NCBI GenBank assembly: GCA_963701495.1
Contig: CAVOZY010000002.1
Span: forward strand, 10,651 to 74,650
Direction of reading: 5' to 3'
Source of the DNA: an uncultured Actinomycetes bacterium
Lineage (GTDB): Bacteria; Actinomycetota; Thermoleophilia; Solirubrobacterales; Solirubrobacteraceae
Length of the DNA stretch: 64,000 nt
The notes beneath the pieces were generated by a model that ran no database searches, was not told the origin of the DNA, and saw nothing but the letters and a program-made list of their open reading frames with translations. The number at the start of each line of letters is the position of its first letter. Within the stretch, counting starts at the first letter, position 1. Positions 49,503 to 58,908 of this stretch are shown here, piece after piece. The translations under genes and the position numbers were made by a program.

Positions 49503-49728
49503 TTACCGGGTTTGACGCCCTCGATCGCCTCCTTGAGCTGACCGACCACAGTCTGCGCGATGCCCCCTCCCTTCAGGCCCTGTCCCGCGGCGATGACACC
49601 GGCCAGGACGGCGGCGATCAGCAGGATCAGAGCGACGTACTCGACGGTGCCCTGGCCCGCCTGCAGGCGCGTTGTCGCAGCGTCGCGTGGATCGCCGCAT
49701 GTACGCGGCCGAGGAAGCCGTAAACCAT
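49499..49728 (-). pseudogene. Flp-family (type IVb) pilin-like small protein with one frame break
   Basis: ATG 49728 is preceded by GGGAGGG and gives MVYGFLGRVHAAIHATLRQR. The adjacent frame (ORF 49499..49762) continues RLQAGQGTVEYVALILLIAAVLAGVIAAG..., matching the Flp processing motif G/XXXXEY followed by a hydrophobic helix. The break is near 49670. Confidence 0.5.
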
Positions 49729-49952
49729 GTTCCCTCCCGGGAGTCGTTGTCGATGGGCGCACTCTGGGAGGGACCGCGTGACGGCGCCATGGCGCATCAG
49801 TGGAGAATCACGCGCTGATGCGAGCACTGATCGTGACGAACATGTGGCTCTCGCATGCGACCGCGGCCCTCTGAAACGTATGACCCAACCGACGAGAACG
49901 ACGACGGGGTTCATCTACACTCGCGGCGCGGTGCTGACGGCCGCACTCACCC

Positions 49953-50666
49953 ATGGGGCTCAGGAATCGCATCTTCAAGCGGGACGCCGGCGGGCAGTCG
50001 TCCCACCCCACCGGTGGCTCGCCGGAAGCCTCCGAATTCGCGGCGCCCGCCGGAGCGGCGGCGGAGGACCAGCCCACGATGATCGTCCCGGCGCAGGACC
50101 AACCACAGACCGCTGGTGCCGCCGAACCGATCGAGCCGTCCACGGGCGCCCACCAGCCGGTTGCCGCGCGACGTCCCGGCTTCCGCGAGCGTGGCCGGAT
50201 GCGCAGACGCCTGCGCTATCTGCGCGAGGTCCGCGAACTCGGCTTTCGTGACCTCGGCGGGCTGGTGTTCGACCAGCACCGCTTCGCGCGTCCCAACGAG
50301 GCCCTGGTCAAGGGGAAGGTCGCCGCGATCGACTCGGCCGACCGCGAGTTCCGTGCGATCGGCGCCGCGCTCGGGGAGCGAACCCCGTACCGCGAGCTCT
50401 TCGTTCCCGGCGTGTCGGCGTGTCAGCGCTGTGGGGCGCTGCACGGAAGCGATGCGCGCTTCTGCCCTCAGTGCGGGCTGTCCTTCGGCGGACCGCGCTT
50501 CGTGACCGGCGTCGGAGCCGAGCAGGCGTCAGCCATGAACCCCGAGAGCCCGGCCAGCTCGCCCGATCCGCAGCCGGAGACCGACACGAACGCAGTGGAT
50601 CCTCTGACGCCGCCGCAGGAAGCTGACCGGGTCACCCCGCAGGCTGCGCCGGACCAGTCGCCGTGA
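49953..50666 (+). CDS. Zinc-ribbon protein with disordered Pro/Ala-rich ends
   Basis: 237-aa ORF with a central conserved-looking block (LRYLREVRELGFRDLGGLVFDQHRF) and CQRCGALHGSDARFCPQCG. Confidence 0.55.
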   Translation: MGLRNRIFKRDAGGQSSHPTGGSPEASEFAAPAGAAAEDQPTMIVPAQDQPQTAGAAEPIEPSTGAHQPVAARRPGFRERGRMRRRLRYLREVRELGFRDLGGLVFDQHRFARPNEALVKGKVAAIDSADREFRAIGAALGERTPYRELFVPGVSACQRCGALHGSDARFCPQCGLSFGGPRFVTGVGAEQASAMNPESPASSPDPQPETDTNAVDPLTPPQEADRVTPQAAPDQSP

Positions 50667-51145
50667 GCGCAGTCGCCCCCGGCGACGCCGCCGCCGAGCC
50701 GCAGTACGGAGCGCTCCCGTGTCCACGTTGCGGCGAGATGCTCGCGTACGACCAGGACTGGTGCCTGCGCTGCGGCGACCCCGCACGAACCGTCATCGCC
50801 CCAACTCCGCGTTGGCGCCGGCCGCTGCTGGCGATCGGAGCGCTCGCGATCGTGGCACTCGGTGTCCTCACCGCGGCGTTCATCTCGCTGACCGACGATG
50901 ACCCGCCGCCGCCGCGCACGATCACCAACACGATCACGACCCAACCGGGCGACGCTCTGCCGCCCGGGGTCACACCCGCACCGCAGCCCCCCGCCGCAAC
51001 GCCTCCTGCCGCCACCGCGACGTCGCCCGCGGCGACGGCTCCCGCGACCACAGAGGCACCGACGACGCCGCCCACAACGACGCCCACCGCCACCTCGCCG
51101 TCGGCGAAGACGCAAACGGCCACGACCGAGAGCGGCGCCAAGTAG
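50663..51145 (+). CDS. Zinc-ribbon, single-TM, Pro/Thr-rich protein
   Basis: A GTG start overlaps the upstream stop as GTGA. It shows CPRCGEMLAYDQDWCLRCG, the TM helix LLAIGALAIVALGVLTAAFI, and a PT-rich tail. Confidence 0.55.
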   Translation: MSAVAPGDAAAEPQYGALPCPRCGEMLAYDQDWCLRCGDPARTVIAPTPRWRRPLLAIGALAIVALGVLTAAFISLTDDDPPPPRTITNTITTQPGDALPPGVTPAPQPPAATPPAATATSPAATAPATTEAPTTPPTTTPTATSPSAKTQTATTESGAK

Positions 51146-51165
51146 CACGGTGCCGTGCCCGCAGG

Positions 51166-52191
51166 TCAGACGGACATCTGCGCAGGGAGCCGCGCGGCGA
51201 CCCGGGCCGCGACCTCCAGAACGGCCGTCGGCGGCTTCAGGGCCTCCGTGGGAGCTTCGAGCGGGCCGCGGGCAAGCGTCTCCAGCGTGGCCGACAGCGA
51301 GGTGGTCAGGGCCGCAAGGTCGTAACCGCCCTCCAGCACGATCCCGACCGGGGCCTGGAGCGCGGCGCCCAGCCGCTGCACGCTGGACGCCATCGCCGCG
51401 AACCCTGCCACCGTGATCGTGCAGCCGGCGAGCGGGTCGTCGACATGCCCGTCGAAGCCTGCTGAGACCAGAACGAGTTGCGGCTGCCAGGCAAGCGCAG
51501 CCGGGACGACCACGTGATCGACCAGCGCAGTGAAGAGGAGATCACCCGACCCGGCGGGCACCGGCATGTTGATCGTCAGTCCCGTGCCCGGCCCCGAGCC
51601 GATATCCCCGCGCTCGCCGGTCCCGGGGTACAGCGGCGACTGGTGTATCGAGGCGAACAGCACGGACGGGTCGGCATGGAAGATGTCGTTGGTCCCGTTT
51701 CCGTGGTGCACGTCCCAGTCGACGATCAGCACCCGTTCCAGGCCATGCCGCTGCGTCGCGCGCCGCGCCGCGATCGCGACGTTGTTGAAGAGGCAGAACC
51801 CCATCGCGCGCGCATTCTCGGCGTGGTGCCCGGGCGGACGGTGGATCGATGCACCGAATGGCGCCGCCCCGCCGACGAGAGCATCGACGAGCGCGGCAGC
51901 CCCTCCAGCGGCGTGACGCGCCGCCACGTAGGAGCCCTCTGACACCACCGTGTCGGGGTCGAGCGCGCCGCCGCCCGCCTCGCACGCGGCCTCGATCGCC
52001 TCGCAATACTCCGGCGGGTGCACGGCATGGAGCGCAGCGTCCTCCACATCGGGCGAGTCGCATACCGAGTAACCCAGCCACCCGGCCTTGGCGAGCGATT
52101 CCTCGACGGCGACGATCCGCGCGATCCGCTCGGGATGGAGGCCGGTGTCGTGCCGGCGCGAGGACTCGTGGCGGAGCAGGATCCCTGGCAC
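51166..52191 (-). CDS. Histone deacetylase-family amidohydrolase (AcuC/HDAC-like)
   Basis: 341-aa ORF with [27 protein letters not shown] and GFDGH. Confidence 0.85.
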   Translation of the reverse strand: MPGILLRHESSRRHDTGLHPERIARIVAVEESLAKAGWLGYSVCDSPDVEDAALHAVHPPEYCEAIEAACEAGGGALDPDTVVSEGSYVAARHAAGGAAALVDALVGGAAPFGASIHRPPGHHAENARAMGFCLFNNVAIAARRATQRHGLERVLIVDWDVHHGNGTNDIFHADPSVLFASIHQSPLYPGTGERGDIGSGPGTGLTINMPVPAGSGDLLFTALVDHVVVPAALAWQPQLVLVSAGFDGHVDDPLAGCTITVAGFAAMASSVQRLGAALQAPVGIVLEGGYDLAALTTSLSATLETLARGPLEAPTEALKPPTAVLEVAARVAARLPAQMSV

Positions 52192-52214
52192 CGTGGCGGA
52201 TACGGTACCCCGCG

Positions 52215-53672
52215 ATGAGCCCCGATGGGCAAGACGAGCCGCTCACGGCGGACGTCGTCGTGGTCGGTGCCGGAGCGGCGGGGCTGTACGCGGCGCTGAC
52301 CGCTGCCGACAGCGGAGCGCGTGTCGCAGTCGTCAGCGCGACGCCGCTCGCCCAGACCGCCAGCTACTGGGCTCAGGGAGGCCTTGCGGCCGCACTTGCC
52401 GTGGACGACTCCCCGGCGCTGCACCTGGAGGACACCGAACGCGCGGGGCGCGGTCTGATGCGCCCATCCGCCGGTGAGGTCCTCGTACGCGAGGCGCCCC
52501 GCCTGATCGGCGAGCTTCAACGCCTGCGGGTGCGCTTCGACGCGGACCGGACCGGCAACCTCGCCCTGGGGCTGGAGGGCGGGCACTCGCGGAGGCGGAT
52601 CGTCCACGCGGGCGGCAGCGCGACCGGGCGACGCGTCGTGCGCCAGCTGTCGGCAGACATCGCCCGGCACGACAACGTGCAGGTCCTCGAGGCGACCCGC
52701 GTCGCAGGGCTCTGGCGTCAGGACGGACGCGTCACCGGGGTGGTCTGCGACGACGGGCGTGCGGTCAGCGCGCGCGGCACGATCCTGGCGACCGGAGGGG
52801 CCGCTGCGCTATGGGGTCGCACGACGAACCCGCCCGGCTCGCTCGGCATCGGCATGCTGCTGGCGCTCGACGCCGGAGCGGCGCTGGCCGACATGGAGCT
52901 GGTCCAGTTCCACCCCACCGCCGTGACCGGGATCCGGGGGCGCGAGGGCTTCCTCGTCACCGAGGCGATCCGCGGTGAGGGTGCGACTCTCCTTGACGCG
53001 GCCGGCGAGCGCTTCGTCGACGAGCTCGCTCCGCGCGACGAGGTCGCACGGGCGATCTGGGACGCGATGCAGCAGGCCGGTGCCCCATCGGTCTCCCTGG
53101 ACATGCGCGGCGTCGACCCGTCGCGCTTTCCGAACGTCGTCGAGGCTCTGCGCGCCTCCGGCGTGGATCCGGCGACCGAGCTGATCCCGGTCGCCCCCGC
53201 GGCCCACTACGTGATGGGCGGGGTGGTATGCGACCTTGACGGAGCCACGGGAGTGCCCGGGCTCTACGTCGTCGGCGAGACCGCCTGCACGGGCCTGCAC
53301 GGGGCCAACCGGCTGGCGTCGAATTCGCTCTCCGAGTGCGTCGTCTTCGGCGAGCGCGCAGCGCTGGCGGCGCTTGACGAGCCGGCGCCGGACGGCGGCC
53401 GGCCACCGCAGCCCGCCGATCTCCGACCACCGTCCGCCCAGACGCGCGAGGCGCTCTGGCGCAACGCGGGGATCGTCCGCGACCGCCCGGGTCTCGAGGC
53501 CCTGCTCGACGACGAGCATCCACTCGCCCGCATCGTGGCGCGCTGCGGGCTGCTGCGCGAGGAGACTCGCGGAGCACACGTGCGCGCCGACTTCCCTTAA
53601 ACGAACCCGGAACTGGACCGCATGCACGCGGTCGTGCGTGATCACGACCCCGTCTTCGAACACTGGACCTGA
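52215..53672 (+). pseudogene. nadB: L-aspartate oxidase with an in-frame TAA 24 codons before the apparent natural stop
   Basis: From the internal ATG 52215 of ORF 51849..53600: DVVVVGAGAAGLYAAL, HPTAV, EETRGAHVRADFP then TAA (53598..53600). The same frame continues TNPELDRMHAVVRDHDPVFEHWT to TGA (53670..53672), which resembles the usual NadB tail. Confidence 0.75.
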
Positions 53673-53716
53673 CGCTCCGACTTCCAGCGCATCGCTTGGA
53701 AAGGGCTGCCGCGCGT

Positions 53717-53740
53717 GACGTCTGCCCCCTCGCAGACGTC
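53717..53740 (+). terminator. Hairpin downstream of nadB
   Basis: The sequence is gacgtctgc cccctc gcagacgtc, a 9-bp perfect stem with a 6-nt loop, followed by tt. The T-tract is weak. Confidence 0.35.
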
Positions 53741-53846
53741 TTAACACGAAGTTCATCTTCCAGGTGTCTTGAGCTTTATGCGGGAGGCGGATACTCGCTC
53801 ACCGCGAAGGAACGCAACCAAGCGTCGAGCAGGAGGGTCTCAAGGG

Positions 53847-54273
53847 ATGTACCAACTGAGCAGGGCCATCTACCGCGAACTCGCGCCCCACATCTGCACC
53901 GGCCGTGACGGTCACACGGACGTCCTCGCGTCCTGCGAGACAGCCGTTGAGCGACTCGCCACCGATCGCCACTACTTCTCCAACCCCGCACGCACGCTGT
54001 TCAGGGACGTGCGGGTGCACTTCCCGCTTCAGGCCCAGGATCGGGTTTGGACCGTCGTCCGCGAATACGTGGGCGCATCCGAGCAACTGCTCGAAAGCCT
54101 CACGACGCGAGGCCGCGATGCATTCGGGAACCCGCTCTCGTGCCGCGCCACTACCCGCCGTGGTACGCCCTGCCAGCGCATCCCGCGTGCACTCGAACGG
54201 CTATTGCCCGTCGCACCAGCATCTTGCGGCCACCGAGGAGCTCGGCGAGCGCGAGATGGCGCTCGCGGCGTAG
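53847..54273 (+). pseudogene. Hypothetical protein with a C-terminal Cys/His cluster. One frame break.
   Basis: From the internal ATG of ORF 53769..54311: MYQLSRAIYRELAPHI...GNPLSCRATTRRGTPCQRIP. The frame of ORF 53905..54273 ends VHSNGYCPSHQHLAATEELGEREMALAA. The break is near 54188. The upstream region is locally less GC-rich. Confidence 0.45.
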
Positions 54274-54376
54274 CTGACCGCAGGTCCCGCGCCTTCGGGA
54301 CGGCCGGCTGAGCAGTCAGCTGCCCGCGAGGTGCACCGCTCAGATGAGCGTGACGCCTGTCCGTACGATCAGGCCC

Positions 54377-55260
54377 ATGCGCGTCGCCTTCCTCGGCCTC
54401 GGGATCATGGGATCGCGGATGGCCGCCCACCTGGTCTCAGCGGATCACGAGACGACCGTGTGGACGCGGACCCCCGGAAAGGCGGCCGCCTGGGCCGAGC
54501 ACCACGGCGCGCACGGCGGCCGACTCCCCGGCGACAGCGGCCGACGGGGCCGACGTGGTCGTGACGATGGTCGTCGACGGACCGCAGGTCGAGCAGGTTC
54601 TGCTCGGACCGGACGGTGCCGCCATCCGGCGCCGCCAGCGGAGCGCTGTTCGTCGACATGTCGACGATCGCGCCGACCACGGCGATCGAACTGGGTGCGC
54701 AGCTCGAGACGATCGGTCACAGGTTTCTCGACGCACCGGTCACGGGCTCGTCCCCGGCGGCCGAGAGCGGGACGCTCACGATCATGGTGGGCGGCGACGC
54801 GGCCGATCTGGAGCGCGCCCGACCGGTGTTGAACGCGATGGGCCACACGATCATCCACGCAGGGCCCGCCGGCCACGGACAGCTCGTCAAGCTCCTCAAC
54901 AACGCCGTCGCGGTGGCCAATGCCGTGAGCGCAGCGCAGGCGCTCGTGGCGGGCCGCGCGCTCGGAGTGGACCTGGACGCCCTGGTCGGGGTGCTGCGCG
55001 CGGGGTCGGGCGCCAGCGCGATCCTGGAACTCAAGGCGCGCCCGTTCCTCGAGCACGACTACACGACACTGTTCAAGACCGCGCACATGCTCAAGGACGT
55101 GCAGCACTGCCTCGACGCGCTTGCGGCTTCCGACACGCCGTTCCCGGCAGCTGCGGACGCGAGGGAGATCCTCGCTGCCGCCGTGGCGGCGGGCTTCGCA
55201 GACGACGACTACGCCTCGGTCCTCGAGATCGTCGAGCAGCGGGCAGGTCTGCGGATCTAG
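54377..55260 (+). pseudogene. NAD(P)-dependent oxidoreductase, 3-hydroxyisobutyrate/6-phosphogluconate dehydrogenase-like. Two frame breaks.
   Basis: MRVAFLGLGIMGSRMAAHL is in ORF 54344..54832. ADVVVTMVVDGPQVEQVLLGPDG is in the frame of 54555... ALFVDMSTIAPTT..LDAPVTGSSPAAESGTLTIMVGGD..GHGQLVKLLNN is in ORF 54616..55260. Breaks fall near 54510 and 54630. Confidence 0.75.
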
Positions 55261-55535
55261 CGCGACGCCGAGGCAGGCCGGTCGCCGCGCACGCTGCCGC
55301 CACCGCATCCGGGCGTCCCGGTCCGGGGCTGGCGCCGCCCAACCGGCTGCCCGGACGTCGCACGCGGATCACCGCTCGTCGCGCCCCGGAGACCGTCCGT
55401 CGCGCGCAACGTCACGTGCGTATGAGCGCGATCTGGACGGAACCGGCAGCCGGGATGGAGGTTTCGGCTCGCAAAGTGCGCAAATCCGCGCGCGGCTACG
55501 GAATCCCCGTCAGGAGCCGTAAAAAACCGTGCCAG

Positions 55536-56070
55536 ATGTCGCTCGACCCCAGACACCAGAGCCAGGACAGCGCCCAAGGCGCATCGGTGATCTCGTTCGC
55601 CGACCGCCGCGCGAACCGCAGCGCGCAGGCTCAGCCTGCCGCTCCCGCGGCCGGGCAGACCACCCGGGCTCGCGTCGCGGCTGTGACCGACACCTGCTGG
55701 TGCTGCCGCTCGAAGGTCCGCGCCGTGGTCGGCGTGATCGTCGAGCCGCACCTGACCGACGACGGCAGCGGGTTCCTGCCGCTCGACGGCGTCGACGAGA
55801 CGCTCATCGCAGGCGGTCGATACGCGTACGCTGTCGCGGCGCGGAATCGGGGTGCTGCGCCACCGTGCGAGCCCCGGGGTAGAAGGCGGGTACATCGCGA
55901 ACGGCTGCATCGAGTGCGACGCCCTGATCGGGCGCTTCCACCTCGAGGATCTTCTCGCAGACCACCGCAACGCCGGTGGCTCGCTCGGCCAGCTCGACAG
56001 CGGCATCGCCGTCGAGATCGAGCTTGCTCCGGCCGAAGAGCGCCGCCGCGCCTCCGGCGCCGTCGGCTAG
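55536..56070 (+). pseudogene. Hypothetical protein with two Cys pairs. One frame break.
   Basis: ATG 55536 in the frame of ORF 54555..56363 gives MSLDPRHQ...VTDTCWCCRSKVRAVVGVIVEPHLTDDGSGFLPLDGVDETLIA. The frame of ORF 55852..56070 continues ..GYIANGCIECDALIGRFHLEDLL... The break is near 55810. Confidence 0.4.
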
Positions 56071-56347
56071 CAGTCAGCCCGCCGCAGGACCGCTCCGACC
56101 CGACCGGATCCGCCCAGGCGATCGGCACAGCTCGCGATCGGTGTGACGCCCGTCGGTCGGGGACACAGCAGGCCTCGCGCCTGCTCCAGCCTCTGCGACG
56201 GGCGCAAATAGGTCGGCCGTTTGCAGCCGGTTTGGGGTCCACGCCGCTCTCTGACAGAATGCGGCGTCCCGTTGCCGGGCCGGTTCGCAACGAACGGCCG
56301 TCGGTGCGGGTTTCCCGTCGTCACACTCCAGCCGCCCTGAATCTCCT

Positions 56348-56978
56348 ATGCCAATTGCCCTGAAGGAATGGGCCGTCACCGTTCGTGCGCTCGCTGAAGG
56401 CGAGCAGCTTCTCACCCTTCGCAAGGGCGGGATCCGCGAAGAGCACAAGCACTTCGAACTCGAGCATGACCGCTTCTTCCTCTACCCGACATTTGACCAC
56501 CAGCGCAACGATGTGGTGCGCGAATCCCACGCACCGGAACTCCGCCGCGCGCTCGAGGAAGGCGTGTGGCCGGATGGCGACCCGCCGATCCATGCGCTGA
56601 CACGCGACGGCGGCATCTCGCAGCCCGAACGTGTCCGCGTACGCGCCTGGGCCGAGGTGGCCGGCCACTACTCGATCACCGATCCGAGAACGCTCAACGA
56701 TCTGTCGCCCGTTCCACGTGTGGACGACCGACTACGCCCACAAGCGACTCGCCTGGAAGCGCCGCCACCCGTTGAACGTCGTTTTGCTGCGCACCTACCG
56801 CATCCCGCGCCCGGTCACCGTGCGCGTCCGCGGCGATTACCAGGGGTGCCGCTCGTGGATCGAGATCGCTCGCGATCTGCCTTTTGAGGGGACGCCGGTC
56901 CTGTCTGACAGTGAGTTCGATCGCGTCCGCGAGGAGATCGAGTCGATCTGCTCCGATCGCGTCCCCGAACTGGTCTGA
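56348..56978 (+). pseudogene. DUF1802-like protein with one frame break
   Basis: MPIALKEWAVTVRALAEGEQLLTLRKGGIREEHKHFELEHDRFFLYPTFDHQ is in ORF 56348..56887. It continues as PFHVWTTDYAHKRLAWKRRHPLNVVLLRTYRI...CRSWIEI in ORF 56631..56978. The break is near 56710. The family call comes from memory of the N-terminal ALKEWA..RKGGI pattern. Confidence 0.55.
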
Positions 56979-57173
56979 GCGGGTCTCGCGGCGCCTGGCT
57001 GTGTCCTCGGTCGCTCGCGTGCTCACGCACGCGACGCTCCCTGCGTCCTGGCCCGGCATCCGCGAGCCCTCGCTCAGCGGCCCTGCCCCAGCCCTCGCCC
57101 AGCGGCCTGCACCGGCCTCGCTCAGAGGCTCCGGACCGGTGCCGAGCCGCACTGCCCGCCCTCGGGTCCGGAC

Positions 57174-58145
57174 GTGCCGGAACCTGGTGACGTCTTGAGG
57201 GTGCCGGGGGAGCGGGTGCTCGCGGATGCTGAGCGGGTGCTTGCGATCGGCATCGGCGGTGGTGGCGACGTCGCCGGTGCGATGGCGGTTGCCGCTGTCT
57301 GCGAGCGACTGGGAACGCCGTGCGAGGTCGGCGGGCTGACGTGGGAACGCAGGCCGATCGACCCGCTGCCCGGACCGCGGCGCCTCGACGACGTCGTCGA
57401 GGCTGAGCGACTGCACGCGTTCGCGGCGCTCGCCGGGCCCGTGACGAGCGGCCCCGGGGGCTTCCTGTTCGCCGAGAGCGCTGCTGCCGCCGCGCTCGGG
57501 CGGGCTACGGTGCTGATCGATCCCAACGGTGGCCCAGCCGGCGCCGCCGGAGGGATCATCGCGGCGGCCGAGAGACTGGACGCCGACGTCATCGTGCTGC
57601 TCGACGTCGGCGGCGACGTCCTCGCCCACGGCGACGAGCCCGGCCTGGCGAGTCCGCTGGCCGACTCGCTGCTGCTGGCGGCTGCGCCCGCGATCGCCGC
57701 CGCGGGGCTGCGTGTGGTCGGGGCCATCTTCGGCGCCGGATGCGACGGCGAGCTGACCCCGGCCGAGGTCACCGCGCGCATCGCCGAGGTCGAACAAGCT
57801 GGGTCGCAACTCGGGTCGAGCACGCTGACAGGCGAGGAACTCGACCGCCTCGAGTCGCTCGTCGGCGCAGTCCCCACCGAAGCGAGCGCGATGGCGCTCC
57901 GCTGCGCCCGTGGCGAAACCGGCCGGACTGAGATACGCGGTGGCCGACGCACGGTGGAGCTCACCGCGATGGGCGGCCTCCTGTACTGGTTCGAACCCGC
58001 GACCGCGCTGGCATCCGCCGCGCGGATCGCCCGAGCCGTTCTGCAGGCCACTGACATCGACGCGGCTGAGGCGATCCTCGCAGCGCGCGGGATTCGCAGC
58101 GAACTGGCGTACGAGCGCGACGCCGCGGGCTCAGCGGCGACATGA
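57174..58145 (+). CDS. DUF1152-like protein
   Basis: 323-aa ORF with VLAIGIGGGGDVAGAM near the N-terminus, and GGDVLAHGDEPGLASPLADS. The family call comes from memory of the GIGGGGD signature. Confidence 0.5.
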   Translation: MPEPGDVLRVPGERVLADAERVLAIGIGGGGDVAGAMAVAAVCERLGTPCEVGGLTWERRPIDPLPGPRRLDDVVEAERLHAFAALAGPVTSGPGGFLFAESAAAAALGRATVLIDPNGGPAGAAGGIIAAAERLDADVIVLLDVGGDVLAHGDEPGLASPLADSLLLAAAPAIAAAGLRVVGAIFGAGCDGELTPAEVTARIAEVEQAGSQLGSSTLTGEELDRLESLVGAVPTEASAMALRCARGETGRTEIRGGRRTVELTAMGGLLYWFEPATALASAARIARAVLQATDIDAAEAILAARGIRSELAYERDAAGSAAT

Positions 58146-58904
58146 CTTCGAGCTGGGTGGAGACCAGCTCACCGCGCTTCGTCGCGCGTCACACGGAGGA
58201 CGACGGCGAGGACGTGGTCGCGGTCCTGGCGATGCTCGAGGGAGTGCGCGAGCGACTTGAGCTGCTGCTTCCGGCGGTTCCGACGGACCTCGAGGTCGTG
58301 GTGCACCCCAGCGTCCGGCAGCTCGCCCTGGCGCAGCCGATGGTGCCGGTTCTGCGGCGTCTCACAGCTCCGGCGGCGAGACGCTACGTGGCCGGATGGT
58401 TCACGACTCGCGAGATTCACGTGCTCGCACCCCGTCTTCTGGAGGAGCGTGCATCCAGCGTGCCGGGGTCGCGGGACATGCTCCTGCTGACACCCGCCGC
58501 GCTCTACGCGCAGCTCGCCGTCGGGGTCAGCAACCCGGGGCTTCCGCCGCCGCTGCGCCCCGCAGGACTCCGGCAGGCTCGTTCCGTGGGCGTGGATGAT
58601 GCTCGGCTCCGGCCAGTGGTTGTCGGGACAGACGGCGCACGCGCGCCCGGCGATCGCGCGTCGCCTGCGCGAGGGCCGCCGTCCGACCTTCCCGCCCGAC
58701 CTGCGCGACGCCTGGCTGCTCGGCGGCAGTGTGCTCGGCCTGCTCGCCCGCGAGGAGGGCGAGCAGGCGGTCCTGCGGCTGATCGTGGAGCCCCCGACCT
58801 CAGACCCCCGGCGCGCGCTCGAGCGCGCGTTCCGGGGACGCTCGCTGACGCACAGCGAAGGCGCATGGCGCTCGCACCTCGCGCGGATGGCGAGCGCCGG
58901 CTGA
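58142..58904 (+). pseudogene. Hypothetical protein coupled to the DUF1152-like gene. One frame break.
   Basis: The ATG overlaps the upstream stop as ATGA. ORF 58142..58918 is sensible to ..PPPLRPAGLRQ. The frame of ORF 58596..58904 then continues (RLVPWAWMMLGSGQWLSGQTAHARPAIARRLREG...). The break is near 58570. Confidence 0.45.
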
Positions 58905-58908
58905 GCCG

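Noticed and set aside
53598-53600. Stop-codon recoding (selenocysteine or pyrrolysine) in nadB
   Set aside because: The codon is TAA, not TGA or TAG, and the position corresponds to an ordinary Glu/Thr-type residue in the family. A point substitution is the simpler reading.
54555-56363. 602-aa ORF on the plus strand
   Set aside because: It is a chimera. Only short parts are meaningful: a middle fragment of the oxidoreductase, and the N-terminal part of the 55536 protein. The rest reads through an intergenic region and out-of-frame sequence.
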